From the NCBI GenBank assembly GCA_963785305.1, contig CAWAUV010000008.1:1024001-1088000 (forward strand): DNA of 64,000 bases. The letters are read 5' to 3'. Shown here piece after piece: positions 61,181 through 64,000 of this stretch. This DNA is from an uncultured Planctomycetaceae bacterium (lineage in GTDB: Bacteria; Planctomycetota; Planctomycetia; Pirellulales; PALSA-1355). The position numbers and the translations under genes are program-made. How positions within the stretch are numbered: the first letter of the stretch is position 1; each line of letters begins with the position of its first letter. Under the pieces are notes generated by a model that saw only the letters and a program-made list of their open reading frames with translations, had not been told where the DNA came from and ran no database searches.

Positions 61181-64000
61181 CTAGGCGATGAAGCCGCCGA
61201 TCCAGAGCGATGTTTCGCTCAGCGCGGTGTCGGTGGCGGCGGTCGAGGTGGTTGTGAGCTTGGCCGGAGTGGTCGCGGAACTGCTGGCGCCGACAGGCGC
61301 GGTGCTCGCCGTCGTGGCGAGATTGGGCGACGACGACGTGGCGCTTGAGCCCGACGCCGCGGCGACCAATATCCCGGAACCACTGGAGGCGCCACCGCTA
61401 CCACTGGAGGCGCCACTGCCGCTGGCGCCCGAGGCCGAGCCGACGGCCACGACCGAGCCACCGGTGATCACGAGGTTCACATCGGTATTCGTGCCCGTGA
61501 TTTCGAGAAAGTAGGGCGAGCCGAGCGAACCGTTGTAGCTGAGCGTGGCCGGCGTGCCGCTACTCGTTGCCAGCACATTGAAGTTGTTGTCGTAGAGCGT
61601 GAGCGTCACGGAGCCGGCCGAGGCGTTGTATTGACCTTGGATCGTGCGCAGGCCGCTCCAACCGCTGTCGAACGAGATCCAGACATTGCCCTGGGCGAGG
61701 TTGAAATTCTGCTCGACCACCGGAGTGCCGTATTCCTGGGTGACGATCGACGACGCGATAAACGCGCGGCGATTCAAATACGTCGACACGAATTGGGCTC
61801 GCAGGCCGAGCTCGCCGAAGTCGTAGTTCGTGGCCGACACGCCCGAGGCGATCACAATGCCGTTGAAGGTATTGCCCACGGTCGCTCCCGTGGGAGCGGG
61901 CGTGCCCGGAGTGTTTTTGCCGGCGACATAAAAACCGGGCTGGGTTTCAGTGATGCTATACGTGCCCGGCGGCAGGCCGATGAACGAGTAGTAACCGGCC
62001 GCGTTGGTGGTGGTGGTTTCCGTGAGGCTGCCGCCCGAGGTTTCGTTGAGCGTGATCGTCACGCCGGCGATACCGGCTTCGTTGGATTCCTTGACGCCAT
62101 CGTTGTTCGAGTCGACATAGACAAAGCCCGATATGCCGACCGCTTGGACATACGTAATCGTGATCGGCAGCGAGCTCGTGGCCAGGGTCGCGTTGGTGGG
62201 GTTGGTCAGGTTGAGCGTGAGCGACACCGAACCGGTTTGGGCGGGATCGTAGATCGTGGGAATCGTAATGGTCTCGGTCGTGGCGCCGGGAGCAAAGGTG
62301 ACCGTGCCGGTGGTGGTGGTGTAGTTCGTGCCTGCGATCGCCGTGCCGTCGGCGGTGGCATAGGTCACGGTGATGGTCTGCCCGCTCTGGAGCGGTGCGC
62401 CGCCAGCGCCCACCAGGGTGAAAGTGACGGTGGCCGGCGAGCCCTCGGAGACCGAGGTCGTGGAGACATCGATCGTCGGCTCGGCGGCGGTGCTCACCAA
62501 CGTGGCGGTCGCCGAGGGAGTGGTGATCGTGGCGCCGACCGAAGCGCCGGAGAGCGATACCGAGAAGGTCTTGTTCGGCTCGTTGAGCGTGTTGGCCAAG
62601 ACCGTGACCGTGATCGTTTGGGTGAGCACCCCGGGAGCAAACGTCAATGTGCCGCTCTTGGCCGTGTAGTCGGTTCCGGCCACGGCCGTGCCGTCCTGCG
62701 TGGCGTAGTTCACCGTGACGGTGCTGCTCGTGGCCGCCGAACGCGTGACCGTGAACGTGGCGGTGGTCGTGCCGGTGGTGGGCACATTCACCGGCGCCAC
62801 GGGACCGGCGATCGCCAGCGCGTTCGAGCCCACATTGAACGACGAGCTCGTGAACTCGACTTTGCCGTAGGTCACGGTCGTGCCATTCGTGGCCGTGGGC
62901 AAGGCCGTGACCTGGAGCGGATCGTCCGGATTGTTGTATTCGAGCACATCGTCGCCGGCGCCGGGCGAGGCGACGCCGACCGTCGACGGAGTGGCCGTGA
63001 AGCTGAGCGTGCCAACGCCCGTGGCGATCATCGGCACGACCAGCAATTGCTGCGAGACCGATCCGACGGGCGTGCCCACGCTCGAAGTGGCGCCCAAGTT
63101 GGCGATCGAGCCGGCCGACTGCGTGCCGCTGTTTTCGACATTCGTGAAGTTCGAGCCGAACTGAATCGCCCCGTCTTGGCTGGCGGCCGCGGAATTCCAA
63201 TTCAGATTCAAATACGCGGCAAAAATACCGCCATCGCTCACGGTGCGCAAGTCGTTCACATCGACTTCGACATCGAACTGCGAGCCCGGCGCCGCGCTGG
63301 TGATGACATTGCCCGAAGTGTCGGTGATCTTGAGGTTGACCGCCGCCTCGGCCCCGGCGAGCGTGCTGCCCTGGGGATAGATCGTGACCGTGCCTTGGCT
63401 CGTGGAAATATACGCGTTGCTGGCATTGCTCAAGTTCACGACGAAGCTTACGGGCGTCGAGAGCGCGACATTGTCGATCGGCACGGTGATGGTTTGCGTC
63501 AGAACGCCCGGGGCAAAGGTTAGCGTGCCGCTGGTCGCCTGATAATTGGTTCCCGCGGCGGCGTTTTCGTCGGCCGTGCTGTAGTCGACCGTGACCGTGC
63601 CGCTCGAGGCCGAGGAAAGCGTAACCGTGAGCGAGGCCGATTGCGCCGGCGAGCCGCCGTTTTCCACGACCGACGTGGTGAGCGGCGAGATCGAAAGCGA
63701 CTGGGCCGACTTGGAAATCGTGCCGATGCCCGTGGCTTGCAAAAACGGCGTGGTGGACGGATTCGGGCTTGTCAGATTGACGAAGAAATTCGCGTTGCCC
63801 GAAAAGCCAGCGTCGGCGAGGATCGGCACGGTGATGGTTTGCGAAACCGGATTCGAGGAACCATTGGGCGTGAAGGTGACATAGTTCGATTGGGCCACAT
63901 AGTCCGTGCCGGCGATCGCGGTGTTGTTTTGGGTGGCGTAGGAGACGGTCACGCTCTGCGAGATTGGACCGTTCATCGACACCGTGAACACGGCGTTCAC
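61181..64000 (-). CDS. Large surface protein with Calx-beta repeats, a cohesin-like domain and an SdrD-B-like domain; 5' end outside window
   Basis: Four VTV(N/D/S/T)Y(A/S)T...A(I/V/A)AGT(D/N)Y...TF(A/T)P repeats; ISGFVYVDSNNDGVKESNEAGIAGVTITL...YSITETQP; S/T/A-rich tail. Confidence 0.88.
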   Translation of the reverse strand: MNAVFTVSMNGPISQSVTVSYATQNNTAIAGTDYVAQSNYVTFTPNGSSNPVSQTITVPILADAGFSGNANFFVNLTSPNPSTTPFLQATGIGTISKSAQSLSISPLTTSVVENGGSPAQSASLTVTLSSASSGTVTVDYSTADENAAAGTNYQATSGTLTFAPGVLTQTITVPIDNVALSTPVSFVVNLSNASNAYISTSQGTVTIYPQGSTLAGAEAAVNLKITDTSGNVITSAAPGSQFDVEVDVNDLRTVSDGGIFAAYLNLNWNSAAASQDGAIQFGSNFTNVENSGTQSAGSIANLGATSSVGTPVGSVSQQLLVVPMIATGVGTLSFTATPSTVGVASPGAGDDVLEYNNPDDPLQVTALPTATNGTTVTYGKVEFTSSSFNVGSNALAIAGPVAPVNVPTTGTTTATFTVTRSAATSSTVTVNYATQDGTAVAGTDYTAKSGTLTFAPGVLTQTITVTVLANTLNEPNKTFSVSLSGASVGATITTPSATATLVSTAAEPTIDVSTTSVSEGSPATVTFTLVGAGGAPLQSGQTITVTYATADGTAIAGTNYTTTTGTVTFAPGATTETITIPTIYDPAQTGSVSLTLNLTNPTNATLATSSLPITITYVQAVGISGFVYVDSNNDGVKESNEAGIAGVTITLNETSGGSLTETTTTNAAGYYSFIGLPPGTYSITETQPGFYVAGKNTPGTPAPTGATVGNTFNGIVIASGVSATNYDFGELGLRAQFVSTYLNRRAFIASSIVTQEYGTPVVEQNFNLAQGNVWISFDSGWSGLRTIQGQYNASAGSVTLTLYDNNFNVLATSSGTPATLSYNGSLGSPYFLEITGTNTDVNLVITGGSVVAVGSASGASGSGASSGSGGASSGSGILVAAASGSSATSSSPNLATTASTAPVGASSSATTPAKLTTTSTAATDTALSETSLWIGGFIA

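Overview
A 64 kb GC-rich bacterial window with strong Planctomycetota (Pirellulales-like) hallmarks: a PSCyt1/DUF1549/DUF1553 cytochrome plus DUF1501 pair, a BBP7 beta-barrel, an ECF sigma/anti-sigma cassette and tetrahydromethanopterin (H4MPT) biosynthesis genes. Most of it is housekeeping or planctomycete-typical: atuA-type genes, queCE, flgM, fur, trpBA, pabBA, a ccsBA fusion, aroC and a Calx-beta surface protein. About 15 genes carry 1-2 bp frameshifts, including conserved biosynthetic genes, which points to an unpolished long-read assembly rather than mass pseudogenisation. Two small AT-richer inserts encode predicted RNases. (i) At 28830-29634, a sigma70-like promoter is followed by a ~55 nt hairpin, a T-tract and a NYN/LabA-DUF88 (PIN-fold) gene. 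The layout resembles an RNA-antitoxin/RNase-toxin module, and the gene lacks a start codon and is broken by an exact 8 bp tandem duplication. (ii) At 48138-49228, a small acidic protein gene precedes an R-x4-H HEPN-like gene. Also notable are an orphan Cys-rich protein resembling a fused phage tail-assembly chaperone, two different CTAG-flanked MITE-like elements sitting on TAG stop codons, and a 10-bp-periodic palindromic repeat. No tRNA, rRNA or CRISPR array was seen. All family assignments come from motif recognition, not database searches.
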